This document shows positions 50,772 to 64,000 of a stretch of DNA of 64,000 nucleotides, in pieces; position 1 is the stretch's first letter, and each line of letters begins with the position of its first letter. The notes beneath the pieces are model-generated. The model had not been told where the DNA came from. It searched no databases and was given only the letters and a program-made list of their open reading frames with translations. Source of the DNA: Eledone cirrhosa (lineage: Eukaryota). Where the stretch lies: NCBI GenBank assembly GCA_964016885.1, contig OZ024743.1, positions 9,548,001 through 9,612,000 on the forward strand, read 5' to 3'. The position numbers and the translations under genes were made by a program.

Positions 50772-51923
50772 ATAAAATGTTTTGAACATAGTTTTGATTA
50801 TTGTGTAATTTAAATGTAAATGTCAATGTAAAACATCTGATGTATTTACATTGAGCTAATTTTCTTACTGGTAATAAGGTAGTAAGGAATTACTGACCTT
50901 TCCCGTTTATAGTTGTATATAGTGTATATATAACTATAAATAATATTATTATTATTATTATATATATATACTTGCTGTTTAAGCCGGTTTTACCCGGGAG
51001 ATTTGGTTCACTGATAAGAATTCAACTTCTTTTCTCCACCAAGAACCAACAAAAATCACAAAAAGGGATGAATAACAAATCGAAATCCTAATAAAGTTAC
51101 TGTCAAATAAGGTTGAAAATAGAAATATGATTTTGAAGTGAAAAACGAACCACCGGAATGCCAACCATTTAAACTGCTTATTGGAGTTAAATAAACTAAT
51201 GAAATGCAAAGTATGCTTTATTAATTTGAATGTGTTGTTTATGTATTAGAAGTCTGCTTAGAACGCGCAAAACATCAAATCTCGTAATCGAGCGTTCACG
51301 ATACTGACGTGACGTCAGTTCAATTTGAATGGGAAATTTTTTTTCATCGATTTTCTGTGTAACCATGGAAGTTTGTAGCTTGAAAGTCGACCCAACGCCT
51401 CCTCGGGTCATTCTGCAATATTGTGTAAATTTTCGCTGCATTCCACCAAGCCGTTTCGACGTTTATCCGACTACACCTACATATACAACGTCCGACCACT
51501 TCCAATGTATATAGTAGATATATATATACACAAAGAATATATCTTTTTTTCTTTCTTCCCCCCCCCCAAATAGTTCTCTGACTAGAGTGTTGATCCCATC
51601 GCACCTACAATAAGACACACACACATATATGTATATATATATATTTATATATATATATTTATATATATATTTATATACATACACATACACACTTATACCC
51701 GCTATAACCATATTCCTAAAATAGAATTTCTTTTACAATCCTATACTTTTGACAATCCCATATAACTCTCTCCCCTATAACAATTATCTCTAGCATATAT
51801 TTTCCTTCTTCACCATCCCCATCTGAACTCTTTACCAATCCTTGAACACAATTGAGATACAGACACATATATAAAGAAAACTTTTCTGTCCCTAAAAATA
51901 ATTTTGTTCTGTGAAAAGACACG

Positions 51924-51976
<53 letters not shown>

Positions 51977-51990
51977 GACTACTACTACTC
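51924..51990. repeat. (CTA)n microsatellite
   Basis: Visible directly. Confidence 0.95.
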
Positions 51991-52363
51991 TATATATATA
52001 TAAGGTTCCATTTTAGACCCAGTCTTCTCAACATGAAAGATGAACAGACCTTCAACACTTAATTTAAAATTTAAAATTCTTAATTTTTTAAAATTTTATT
52101 TAATTGTAATATTCAACATTTGATAAGCTGGATTACACCAATACATCGAAATCGGTTATATTTTATATAGTTTATATACATTATAAAATTCCTTTAAAAA
52201 AAAAATGTTCCTCTCATTCTTTCAATAATGTCACTCTGACGGATCAAAGAAGAAAAAAAGAAAAGCCGATCCTTTAAATATATTTTCCGCGCTGCTTCCA
52301 ATTCCACATTTTCTCTATAACCTATGTTTTGTATAGAACCTTACTTCTTTTCTCAACACACAC

Positions 52364-52425
<62 letters not shown>

Positions 52426-52602
52426 AGGGAGTGTAACGTGAAGTTACTGTAGGTTCACCCTCGTGAGCACGTGATGTTAGATTCACGTCAGTGGCGAGGT
52501 GTAGAGCTAGACAGAGTGTGATATAATAATACAAGTACGATTTGTTAACACTTCATTACGTTTATTGATTGGTGACGTAATGAAGGCTTAACAAATCGTC
52601 GA

Positions 52603-52916
52603 GAAATGGAAAAATTGAGAGAGGGGCTTGCCCTGGTGGTCAGGGTGGCCGTGGTCTTTTGTGTGGTTTTCGCCACGAGTAACCCTCGGAGGTTTCCCCC
52701 TTATTGGGGAATTTTTCATTGTTTCAATTTTCATTTTTATTGTTTATATATATGTTTCTATGTCTTTTTCTTTTTCCTTTCTTATATAAATAATAAAAAA
52801 AATCTTCACACGCACAAAACCCACATCGTACCGTCCTGTACTGTCCTGTGCCGTCTGTAATCTTTTTCTTCATGTCAGCTCTTGTGGCCAATAAAGAAAT
52901 CATTATTATTATTATT
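52603..52916 (+). mobile_element. Tx1-like 3' fragment (divergent subfamily)
   Basis: Homologous to the 3' UTR at 30988-31235; ends AATAAAGAAATC(ATT)n. Confidence 0.8.
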
Positions 52917-53450
52917 AGCCGGGAAGGGCAGGTAGTTTTTATCTGTCTGGTGGCCATGGCGAAAAAGATAGTATAGTGGACGCGTCTGAAAGGGCTGAAG
53001 ACGAGCACTTACCTCTTCGGTGATGCCCTGATTAACTTTTTCAAATTTCATTTGAAAAGGAAAATCAGGGTAGAGAGGGAAGTGCTCTCTTCCCAGTATT
53101 TTGTTGAAAGATGGGTGAGAGAGGCAAGAATGGGCCGAGTGAAAGGGCCTACTCTGAGTATATGCCTGTAAACTGAAGGTGGAAAACTGGGAGAGGGCAC
53201 TTGCTCTGGTGGTCAGGGTTACCGTGGCTTTTTTTAATGGGCTTTCTCCTCGAATGTCCCTCGGAAGTCTCTCCCCCCCCCCCCCCATCCTATTGGGGAA
53301 TTTTTCATTGTTCTTTTTTTGTTACATCCTCTGTTTTTTGTTTTTTTTACACGCTGAAATGCCCATTTGTACCATCCTGTATTGTCCTGTACTGTCCATA
53401 ATGTCTACTTTATGTAAACCGTTGTGGTTAATAAAGAAAGCATTATTTTT
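52917..53450 (+). mobile_element. Tx1-like 3' fragment
   Basis: Homologous to 30988-31471 (ORF2 C-terminus and 3' UTR); ends AATAAAGAAAGC(ATT)n. Confidence 0.85.
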
Positions 53451-53466
53451 ATTATTATTATTATTA

Positions 53467-56400
53467 CAGCTGCATTTATCTTGGTTTATGTTCATACGAG
53501 TTATCATCAAGTCACAACCAGTGACCTCAAGAGACAACAAGGTCCGCCATGTTCAAGAAAGAACATACATACACACACATGCATCTTTAGGTGGTTAGAC
53601 TTGTGATGTACTTATATTGACAGAATCTTCCTTAGTATATGGGCAGTTCCCATTAGTACTATCTTTTGTATGTCTCCTATACGCGGGTTTCCTGGGATTT
53701 GCGATAAGTAATCATTAGAACTCTTAGGTATCATTCCTAGAGCGCCTACAACCACTGGTATTGTTTTAGTTCTCAATTTCCACATTTTTCCAATTTCTAT
53801 CTCCAGGTCCTTATACTTGCTTAATTTTTCAAATGTTTTTATAGATAAATTCTTGTCTATTGGAACGGACATATCAATTAACAGGCATACCTTCTTTTTA
53901 AAGTCCTTCAGTATTATATCAGGTCTATTTGCATCTATTTTTCGCTCTGTTTGGATGCTAAAGTTCCACAAGATTGAGATATGATCTTTTTCAAGTATGG
54001 GAGGTGGTTGATGCTCCCACCAATTCTTTTGATGGGACAGGTCAAAATGCTTACACATTATCCAATGTATGTATTGTGCAGCTCTGTCATGCCTGTTTAG
54101 GTATTCGGTTGGAGCTTTAGGACTGCACATTGAAATTATATGATCAATGGTTTCTGGTTGTTTTTTTACATACACGGCATAATGGGCTGCATCCATTTTT
54201 TATTAAGTTGGCTTGGTAATTTTTTGTTGGCAGACACTGATCTTATGCTGATATAATCAGTCCTTCAGTCTCCGATTTCAGTCCAGAGGATGCCAACCAC
54301 TGATGGGTTAAAGTTTTGTCAATATCAGGATTGTTAGCTCTTTCTGGATATTTTCCATACAGAGGCACTTCTTACCATTTCTTAGCCAGTTTCTATAGCA
54401 GTTCTTTCTTTGCAGTTACTTTTACCTGCTTTGCTTTTTCTGTGTTTTCCATTTCAGCAGTAAATGGGACTTCTGAAATTTGTAGTCCATTACTGTATCT
54501 TTGTGCATCTTTTGTAATGGAGTATGATCTTTTGATGCTTTCGTGTTTCCAAACGAGTTTGATCATCGAATCATGTGATTCCCTTAGATATGTAGATAAT
54601 CCAATTGTTGCAGTTTTCAACGCAATGTCTAACTGGATTAACCCACCTCCTCCTTCTTTCCTAGGGAGATATATTATATCTGTATCTGCCTTAGGATGAT
54701 GTATTCTGTGCATGGTTAAGAATTTTCTAATTTTTGTATCGAGCCTACGGATCTCTGTGCTTGACCAGTTGATGACATTGTAACTGTAGGTTACTACTGG
54801 TATGGCAAGCGTGTTTATGGCATCGATCCTATTCCTTGCATTCAATTCCGTTCTTAAGATTGCTCTTACTCTGCGGTAACATTCCTTCCTTATCCTTTCC
54901 CTCATTGTCTAGTGCTTGATTCCGTCTCCTTCACAAACACCTAAATATTTGTAAGTTTCCTCTTGATCAAGTTCTCTCATCACATTCCCCCGATCAAGAT
55001 TAATGTCTGTACTTTTCAGCAGCTTTCCTCTGGTGAACGTTGCTTGGGCGCATTTATCTTGTCTAAACTCCATTTTAATGTCATCACTGAACTGTTGCAC
55101 AGTGGATAATAGCCCTTGCAATTGTTCATCATTTTTTGTAAATAGTTTCAGGTCATCCATGTAGAACAGGTGATTAATGGTTTTGTCATAGACTTTATAT
55201 CCATGTTTTGTTTCATTGAGCGTTTTACTTAATGGTATAAGTGCAATGCAGATTAAAAGCGGTGAAGAGTCACCCTGAAAAATTCCATAATTAATATTAA
55301 CTTCTCCAGCTTCCAGTGATTTTGTTTCACTATTCAAAAGGAGTGTCGTTTTCCATGTCTTCATACTGAATGACAAGAACCTCCTGACAACGGGAGATAT
55401 TTTGAAAATCTCTAAACATTTTTCAATCCAACTGTGGCAAACTATCGAATGCTTTTTTATAATCTATCCAAGCAATTGATAGATGTTTGTGTCTATTATG
55501 ACAATCTTCCAGTATCATTTTGTTAACCAAAAGCTGACCCTTACAGCCACATGAGCCTCGTTTACACCCTTTCTGCTCATTGGGAAATAGGTCATTTGTT
55601 ATCAGGTGGTCATATGTATATTCAGTTAGGACTGATGTTAACATTTTATACATTGTGGTCAAGAAAGTTATCAGTCTGTAATTTTGGGGATTGTTTGTCT
55701 CATCATTCTTCGGAAGCAGGAATGTAATGCCGTTAACTAGCCATGATGGTATCTTTTCTGGCTCCTTAACTATTTCATTGTAAAGTTAGGCTAACAGTTC
55801 ATGAGACTCTGTGAAGGCATTTATCCAAAAATTTGGTATTTTGTCTTTTCCTGGGGATTTCCATTTGCTGGTTTTTCTAAGAGCCAAACGCAACTGTTCA
55901 ACTGTTATATTTTCCCATATTTGTTCCTCAAGGTGAGCTGTATCTTTCATTTGTCTGTCTATCCATGGGGCATGTATGTTATGAACTTTTTCTTCGGCCC
56001 AGATCTTTTTCCAGAATTCTTGCACTTCCTCCTTGGGTGGTATTGATTTAGCAGTTATTGTTGACTTACCAATTTTTCTGTAGAAGTTTCTTTGGTTGTT
56101 TTTGAACATATTATTGTCCTTATAGAATCTAGATCGTTTTTCAAAGCGCCTTATCCCAGCAGCTTTGGCTGACACTTTTTGCTTGATTATTTCTATGAGC
56201 ATGCCTATGTCACTTGTTGATTTTATACTGTATTTTCTTTTCAATTTTCTAAGTTTAGTTTGTTTAACATGTTCACCTACTTTGTAGTTTGTTAAAATTG
56301 CTATGTCAGATCGGAGAAGGTTTATTTGGCGATTGATGTTCTCTTGCCAAGTAGATTTCTTGTGGGAATTCCTTTGTTTTTTTCATTTTCACTCAACATA

Positions 56401-56670
56401 AGTGAGTGGTGACTTTAGCCGATGCATAATAGAGATGATTTAAATCAGTAATGTTTAGTTTGTTGGTGATGATAATGTTTTTGAGAATTATGTTAGTCTT
56501 GTGTATTATCTTTTGGTTCTGTTTGGAGTTCTGGATCTTAGGGAGGGTGTCTCATTCCTCTCTGTTAGATTCTTTTATTTTCATCCATTCGATCATAATT
56601 TCATCCTTCAAGTTGGCAAGTTCATTCTCATTCATTTCTTGTTGGCAAGTTCATTCTCATTCATTTCTTT
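53467..56670 (-). mobile_element. Older R4/Dong-like element of a second family, degraded and 5'-truncated
   Basis: Pieces WKSPGKDKIPNFW, QKGC..WIDYKKAFDS, GIFQGDS..HLFYMDDLKL..YKYLG, RHD..NRPDII..IDMSVP..EKLSKY..MGTAHILRK. (TAA)n tail near 53450-53466. Confidence 0.88.
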
Positions 56671-56703
56671 TATTATTATTATTATTATTATTGTTATTGT
56701 TAT

Positions 56704-59700
56704 TCCTTGAATCTCAGTCATTGATGTTGGTTAACTGGAAAGTCCGTTGGATTGAATATCAAGCCACTACCTGCAGCCTCAGATATTCAGGACGTATCGG
56801 AGGGTTCTTGCTGTTCCAAGCAAGCATGCCTTTTGAAGCGTTCCAAAAAGCGTGAAGGGGCCGATTTTCTTTAACCATCCCTGGAAACTTTTGGAGATAG
56901 TCCCCAGTGCGCCTATGACAATCGGGATCACTTTGACTTCATGGCAGTTCCAAATCCTTTTCACCTCCCACTTTAGGTCCTGGTATCGGTTAATTTTCTC
57001 CTTCTCCTTCTCTTGCACTCTCGTGTCGAACGGGCAGGCCACATCCACAATCAGGCACGATCTTTTTTCTTTGTCCACAACCACCAGGTCAGGTCTATTG
57101 TGTTCCAGTTTTTTGTCCGTCTGTATCCTAAAATCCCACAGCACCTTCACCTGATTGTTCTCCATCACCGCCTCTGGCCTATGCTCATACCATTTCTCAG
57201 AATGTGGTAGATTGTTTACTTTGCACAGGTGCCAGTGGATCACCCTGCCCATCACATCGTGTCTCCAGCCCTTATAGTGGGTCTGGGCTAGGTGTTTACA
57301 CTCGGACACAATGTGAGCCACAGTCTCCTCTCTCTCTCCACAGATCCTGCACAGTGGGCTGGCCTCCTCCTTGTAGATATGGTGCTTCAACCACTTCGTT
57401 TTGAGGGCCTGCTCCTGCGCAGCCATTAGCATTCCTTCTGTAGCCTTTTTGAGGTCTCCTCTTCTCAACCAGTTCCATGTCTGTGGATCTCTAAATTCAG
57501 TTTTCTCAAAGAAGGTACTATGAAGGGGTTTTCCCTTAAGGCTGCTCTTCCTCCTTGATGTTATTTCCTCCCTGGACATCCCCTGGCCTACTGTCCCCTC
57601 CTTCAGTACAGCTCTGAGCATTGGCCCCTTACTATAGGTCACGTATTTGTATAGGTTGTTTTTCTCCATCTGAACACAGTCCTCTATGCTGATAAGACCT
57701 CTTCCACCCTCAGATCTCCTTAGGTAGAGTCTATCGACATCACTCCTCTTGTGGAACATGTTGTAGATAGTCAATAGCTTCCTAGTCTTCCTATCCATTT
57801 CTTTCTGTTCAGCAACATTCCATCTCAGAATTCCCGCACTGTACCTAATAATAGACACAGCTCGGGAATTTACTGCGCTTATGGCATTTCTGCTGTTCAG
57901 ATGTGACTTCAATACGCTCCTTACTCTCCGAATGTATTCAGTTCTTAACAATTCCTTCATTTTTTTGTTCTTTATGCCATCAGCCTCCAGAACGCCCAAA
58001 TACTTGTATCCTTCCTCAGAGCCAATTTCCTTTATCATCTCACCTGTTGGTATCTGGATCCCGTTACTTCTGCTCAACCTATCCCTCTTCATCACAATGA
58101 CTCCACATTTACCAATACCAAACTGCATACATATATCACTGCTGAAAATACGGACAGTGTCAACAAGCACATCCAACTCCTTCTCACTTTTCCCGAAGAG
58201 CTTAAGATCGTCCATGAAGAAGAGGTGATTGATGGTAAGCTCTCCCCTTCCCAACTTGTATCCTGCTCTCACTTTTCGCAGCATAATGGTCAAGGGCATC
58301 AGGGCAAGGACAAACAACAGAGGGGACAGGCTATCTCCCTGGAAGATACCTCTCTTGATCTTCACGCTTCCCAAGGATACTCCAGTTGATGTCAACTCTG
58401 TCTCCCAGGACACCATACTCCTGCCTAGCAACTGTCTGATGTTATCTGCCACCCTGAAGATCTCCAGGCTTTTGGTGATCCAGGAATGAGGCACCATGTC
58501 AAATGCCTTTCTGTAGTCTATCCATCCCATGGCAAGATCAGTGTGTCTCCTCCTGCAATTCCCCATTACCATCTTATCAATAAGCAACTGGTCCTTTGTA
58601 CCACGTGACTTCTTTCGGCATCCTTTCTGTTCGTCCGGTAACAAGTTGTTTGTGTGGAGGTGATGGTAGATTTCCTCAGACACAATGCTCGTCAACAGTT
58701 TCCACATTACGGGCAGACATGTGATAGGTCTATAGTTGGTAGCATCATTACCCTTGATTCGGTCTTTCATTATCAGAACTGTGGTACCTTTTGTCAACCA
58801 CTCTGGCACCTCACCCGACACCAAGCAGTCATTGAACATGGCCGTCAGCTTCGGGTGGAGGGATGTTAGATGTTTAATCCAATACCCCTGCACACCATCT
58901 GGGCCTGGTGATTTCCAGTTGGTTAGTTTTTTGGCTTGCCCCTTAAGAGTTTCAACTGTGATACTCAAATCAGTCTGTTGCTGTGCCTGCTCACCGATCT
59001 CCCTCTGTACTGTCTCAATCCACCCTGCCTGGGCATTGTGTCTAACATCCTGCTCCCATATTCCTCTCCAGAATGTTTTAGTTTGCTCCTCCCCAGTGAT
59101 CAAGTCGTTGCCTCTTTCTTTGCCCTCAAGCTGTCCAAACAGCATCTTCTGGTTGTTGTCGAACATGCGGTTCTGTTTATACTGGCTGACTCTGTTCTCG
59201 TATCGCCTGATTTTTGCACTCTTTGCTACAATGCGTTGCTTCAATTCCTCTATGATAATATTTAGCTTTTTACTCCTAGTTTTGTATTTTATTTCCAGTC
59301 TATTTTTAGTGCCTATGTTTTTTAGTGTCCCATTCAGTAGTGACTCAAGCTTTCCTATGTCATTTCTCATTTCCCCGATTTGCCCACTCAGTCGCTTCTT
59401 TCACCACGGCTCTGCTCTTTCTTGTCTGTTGTTTCCTCTCGCTTTTATACCAAGTAGTTTCCTCACCGTATTTGCTGTTGCTCTGAGGATATTGTTGCAC
59501 TGGTGAAGGCTCCTCGCCTCAAGGTATGGGATGACTTTGTTTACCTTAGCTGTTGTTTCTTTTAACTTTTTCCTGTCTACAAATCTTAGGTTCATAGGTC
59601 TCCCACTATCATTGTTCAATTCATCTACCACTAAATTTAGGATGTCAACCGAATCTTGTCCTAGCCCGTCAGCATTCATCTCCTCAGTGGCCGTATCTCT

Positions 59701-60974
59701 GTTCCAGGTATTATTTATCTCAGTACTCAGATCATTGTCTGCTTCGGGTGGTTCCTCCGTTCTCAGGACCTCCTCACCTTCATTTCCCACCGGCTCGCTT
59801 GTCTGGCATACTACACCCGCCATCTCCAAGCCATTCTCTCTGCTCAGTTCCTCCAGTTCCAGCTCGCTTATCCACCCATTAGTTCTTATTACCCGAGCCT
59901 GCCCGGCCAATTTTTGTTCATCTAATTTAAATAAACCAATCTCGTTCCAGATGTTATGCATCCGTCTCCTGTAGCCCCTCTCCTTGGGGTTACTTTTCAG
60001 GTAGCATTGCATAACAGTTCTATTCAATTCTTTCGTCCAGTTGGTTCTGGCCCCTTTCCTTCTTCTCCTTCCTCCAACATCAGCAGTATTTGGTTGACAG
60101 TCAGGTTCCTGCTGCTGAGCCAGGGGGCACCTGTTGGGTGAGAGTCTGTCACATGACGTTCTAGTCTCCATTTCACCGTTATTCGAACTGTTTATGTTCG
60201 ATATTTAAACACTCTTATCGAGGATTGGCGAATGTATGTTTACATAGCCATCTGTGGATCCGCCATCCCACTTGGCCCTTGTGTGGCATTATCACCACGC
60301 TGTATACGAACACACATAAACAAACAAACACACAGACAGAAAGGGCCCCAGAAATGAATAAGCATAAGTTTCATTGTAATGTAGTGTTCGAATGTCTGAC
60401 TTAGTTTTAGTTTTTTAAGTTTTACTTTTTCCCCCCTCTTCTCTGTCCGTCCGCCTGCTTCTCTCTTCATTCTTATTTTCTTTACGTTTTTGGGGTTTCT
60501 TTTTTTTGTTTTTGTTTTTCTCTGTTTGTTTTCCTGTTTTTTGCTGTTGTTGCTGTGCTGCTTTGGTTTTGTTGTTTGTTTTTTCTTTTTTCTTTTGGGT
60601 CTATCTATATATTTTGATGCCTTCCTCTTTGTTAGTAGTAGGAATTCTATAATGTGGAAGTAGCAGCCAGCAGGGAAGTGGGAGACTGGCGGCGTTAGCG
60701 ATACTGAGACAGTGGTGGTGGTGATGTCGATACCGAGGCAGTGGTGGCGGTGATGTGACCGTATTACTGTAGTGATGGTGCTGTAGCGGAGTCAAGGGGT
60801 GGTGGCGGCGGTGATGGGATAGTGGTGGTAATGATGGCCGTAGTGAGCGGTGGCGGTGAAGGTGAAAATGTGTCGTTATCTGGCTGTTGTGTTTAGTGTA
60901 CACAGATGATGGGGTGGGTGGTGTATCTAGTTTCTGGTGTTGGTGAGTTTAGCTGTCCTATATAGTGTAGCCAG

Positions 60975-60977
<3 letters not shown>
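56704..60977 (-). mobile_element. R4/Dong-like element, copy B (near-identical to copy A)
   Basis: Reverse complement of about 39327-43600; (TTA)n on both sides. Confidence 0.9.
56779..60171 (-). pseudogene. R4-like RT-CCHC-RLE polyprotein with one TGG>TGA stop at about 59401
   Basis: ORFs 59401-60171 and 56779-59370 are in the same frame. IDYRKAFD, FMDD, CCHC and RPD..D..K are intact. Confidence 0.9.

Positions 60978-61046
<69 letters not shown>
60978..61046. repeat. (TTA)n between head-to-head R4 and Tx1 elements
   Basis: Visible directly. Confidence 0.95.
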
Positions 61047-64000
61047 GGCGACCTACGTAGTAAATCGTATCATCGTGAGCTCCGCAAAGGTTTGTTGTTT
61101 TCAATTGATTAAAATTGCCATTTATGGAAAATTTTTATTGTTAACTGTATATAAGTGCACATACATTGTTTTCTGAAAAGGACACTCAAAAAGATTGGGG
61201 CCTTGAGCCCAAAATTTAAACTTTTATAATTATCAAACAAAAAAATTTATTTGAAAAAAATCATGGATGACTCACAGTCACACCTTCCTCACAAACTAAC
61301 ACCTCACACCGACACCACCATTGTAAATATTACTACGTTTGGCAACACTAAAAATATAAGCAGTAGCAATATTTTAAATTTGTCTCAGGCAGACATTCAT
61401 TTCCCGCCATTACCATTGACTGCAGGTGTTAAAGCCGCCACCCCCACCACCACCACCACAGAAACAAAAGAAAAAAATAAATTAACTCGTGATATCGAAA
61501 TGAATTCAACCAAAATGAACTCTTTCACACCGAACACCACTGACGCCACCACCACAACTGAAACTAAAATTAACAATAACAAAAATAACGATAACAACAA
61601 CAGCAACAATGAAATTAAGAAAACTACCCTAAGTTTTGCCAGAGTAGCAAAAACGTGCGAAGCGATCCAGGTAACTCAGGAGGAATTAGAAGAAGCCAAA
61701 AGAATGGTAAGGAAAAATGGGTACAGGGTCAGCCTCACCCCCCCCCCCCCTAATAAAATGGAGCATCGTCGCCTATGCATCGTGTCTTATCGGACAATTA
61801 ACATAAAATCGCGCCGAGTGGAACGGGCATCCGAGTCCCAAATCCAAAAAGAGTTGGGACATGTGTGGGCAATGAAAACCCACATCAGACGTGGGCAGGA
61901 ATATGGAACCGTGGACGTGTTCTTTGAAACACCACAGGAGGCCAGAGAACACTCCATGGCCCCATTAAGAAGTGACAACTTCACACTCGTCCCAAGCTAT
62001 TGTGACCAGAGACTCGTGAAGATCAGGGTGACCCACGTTCCACCGGCCATCGAAATTCCCTGGCTAATGGCTGCCGTCCTCGCCGGGATCGAGGCCAACA
62101 CCAAGATAATCGAAATAGCGAAAGAAAATCAGGAGAACTAGTCCGGAGCTGGGATGGAGCTCCTGATCCAAGCGGACCATAAAAGCATTGAGTAGATCCC
62201 AGAGGTAATAGACCTCACCGACGGCAGCCACCTCACCGTAATCGTCGAGGGCAGAAGGCCTAGGTGTGTCGTTTGTGGTGAAGGAACCCACCTAAGGGCT
62301 TTCTGCCATCAGGCTAAAAGGTTGAGGCCACCTCTCTTACCCACCCCAGTGACTCAACCATCAACACCACCAGCAGCAGAGATGGCAGCAACAACTGTAG
62401 CAGCAATAACAGAAGCAACTGTAACAGCAACAACCGCAGAAACAGTAGCAAAACCAACACCACCACCACCCAACGCGCCAGAACTAGCACCAGCGCCTAC
62501 ACCATCCACCACGCCACAACCAAAACCAACGCCTGTGGAGGATTTTCCACTCCCCGGCTTATCGCAACTGAAGACAGATTGTGACGACGAGGAGTGGGAA
62601 ACGGTATCAGGAAAAAAGAAAAAAAGAAACCAAAAAAGAAAAAAATTCTCTTCCTTCTCCCTCCAAAAACAAAATACAGAGGGAAACAAATAAACTATCA
62701 AAAGTAGAAACAATTAAATTTGAACAACAACCAATTATTACACTACATCCAACACAATACCGGCATCACAGAAAAAGACTACACAACAACCCAAAAGTTC
62801 ACACCACCTCCACACATACAAATCACTCGCATCACACAGAAAAAGTACACGACACTAAAACAAAAATTCCCCAAAGACATCGGAGACTTCCGACAAACAC
62901 TCTCCAGGAGGATTTATAAGGACATCCTTCCGGAGGAGGCCACAAGCAGTGAAAAGGATGGACAAACCCTCCTTCCTCTACGAGAAGTAAGGTAGGTGGT
63001 CTTTTCCACTCCATTTCAACATGACCACACTCAGAATAGGCAGCATAAATGCGCGTGGCTTGGGGTCGTCATGGAAGCAGGGTCACCTGCTCAACGACCT
63101 CAGGTCACTAAACATAGATGTAGTGGCCATCAGCGAGACCAGAATCTCCGAAGCACGGGCCTTCGCACCGATCTCCAGCGGCTACGATGTGTACGCATCT
63201 CCCAGCCGTCTGGGATCGGGGGAGGAGTTGCTGTACTTTTTCGGAGAGGTTTGGATCTTGCCATACGGGCCATCTTCCTGGACCCAGAAGGTAAGTTGGT
63301 GGTGCTAGACGTGACCAGCGGAGACAGGCAGGCTTTCAGGCTAGTGGCCGTCTATGCCCCGACAGGAGCAGGGCGGCCTGATTTCTTCCGGCGTCTGGAG
63401 ACCTTTCTTGGAACATCCCGCTCTTTAGTGTTAGTGGGTGACTGGAATGGGATCTTAGATGCACGCTGGGGGTGTGGGGGATTAGCTGATAGGGGAGGAG
63501 GGTGCAAGAGCCTCACCAACCTGCTCAGGCGTTTTGAACTGTCTGACAGGTACCGATTGGATTTCCCGAATGTGCCAATGTGGACTTAGACAAACCGCAT
63601 CGGGTCATCCAGATCATATATAGATAGAGTATTTTGTAGGGAAATAGATAGGTGTAGCATAAGCTGTCCACAATTCAAGATAGTCAGCTACACGGACCAC
63701 ACATTCCTGATCTGTGTGTTTGACTTAGATAGGCTTCATAGACAAGGACCCGGCTACTGGAAGCTAAACGCGTCCTTACCTGCGCGCAATGTCTACAGAG
63801 ACCGGATTAGCAAACTAGTTAAGCGGGCGTTGACGGGGGCCATCGTCAACAACAAGTGGTAGTTTGCTCCGAAAATAGCGATTAGAATAGAGTCCATTAG
63901 GTTTAGTAAGGATTTAGCTATAGAGAAAAATAGAGCAGAGGGATAACTAGTTAGAAAATTAGACGAGGCGCTTAGCAAAGGCATCGCGACCGACGTACTT
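61047..64000 (+). mobile_element. Tx1-like element, copy B (single ORF1a then ORF2; runs off the window)
   Basis: Same 5' end as 39003. ORF1 at 61251-62995 has stops and frameshifts but keeps the knuckle CVVCGEGTHLRAFC. ORF2 from 63021 (MTTLRIGSINARGL) is nearly identical to the ORF2 at 34628 but broken. Confidence 0.88.

Noticed and set aside
56852-59974. Several plus-strand ORFs conserved with minus-strand ORFs at 40.5-43.4 kb
   Set aside because: Antisense to the R4 ORF; conserved only because the two copies are near-identical.

Overview
AT-rich, microsatellite-dense animal (eukaryotic) DNA with no intact host gene recognisable. The tRNA-derived SINE and the repeat landscape suggest a cephalopod such as Octopus (inference). 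The window is mostly retroelements. It holds two recent R4/Dong-like RLE non-LTR retrotransposons, each broken by a single, different stop codon, plus an older R4-like copy. It also holds two Tx1/L1-like elements (one with two different ORF1s in tandem) plus 3' fragments, two Penelope-like (RT and/or GIY-YIG) remnants, an RTE LINE with a 5' inversion, three SINE copies, Chapaev3-like and hAT-like transposase fossils and a possible GPCR pseudogene. The most notable signal the ORF track misses is about 13 type I hammerhead ribozyme folds, read by eye, in short non-coding islands between (TA)n tracts. Many have palindromic stem III, and several carry recurrent core variants (U4C, U4A, U3:A8). Two sit in direct-repeat units (547 bp and about 316 bp period), and several fold-back palindromes have their apex on the ribozyme. 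The R4 and Tx1 elements are chained through (TAA/TTA)n tracts in opposite orientations. All calls are by-eye motif recognition; no searches were run.
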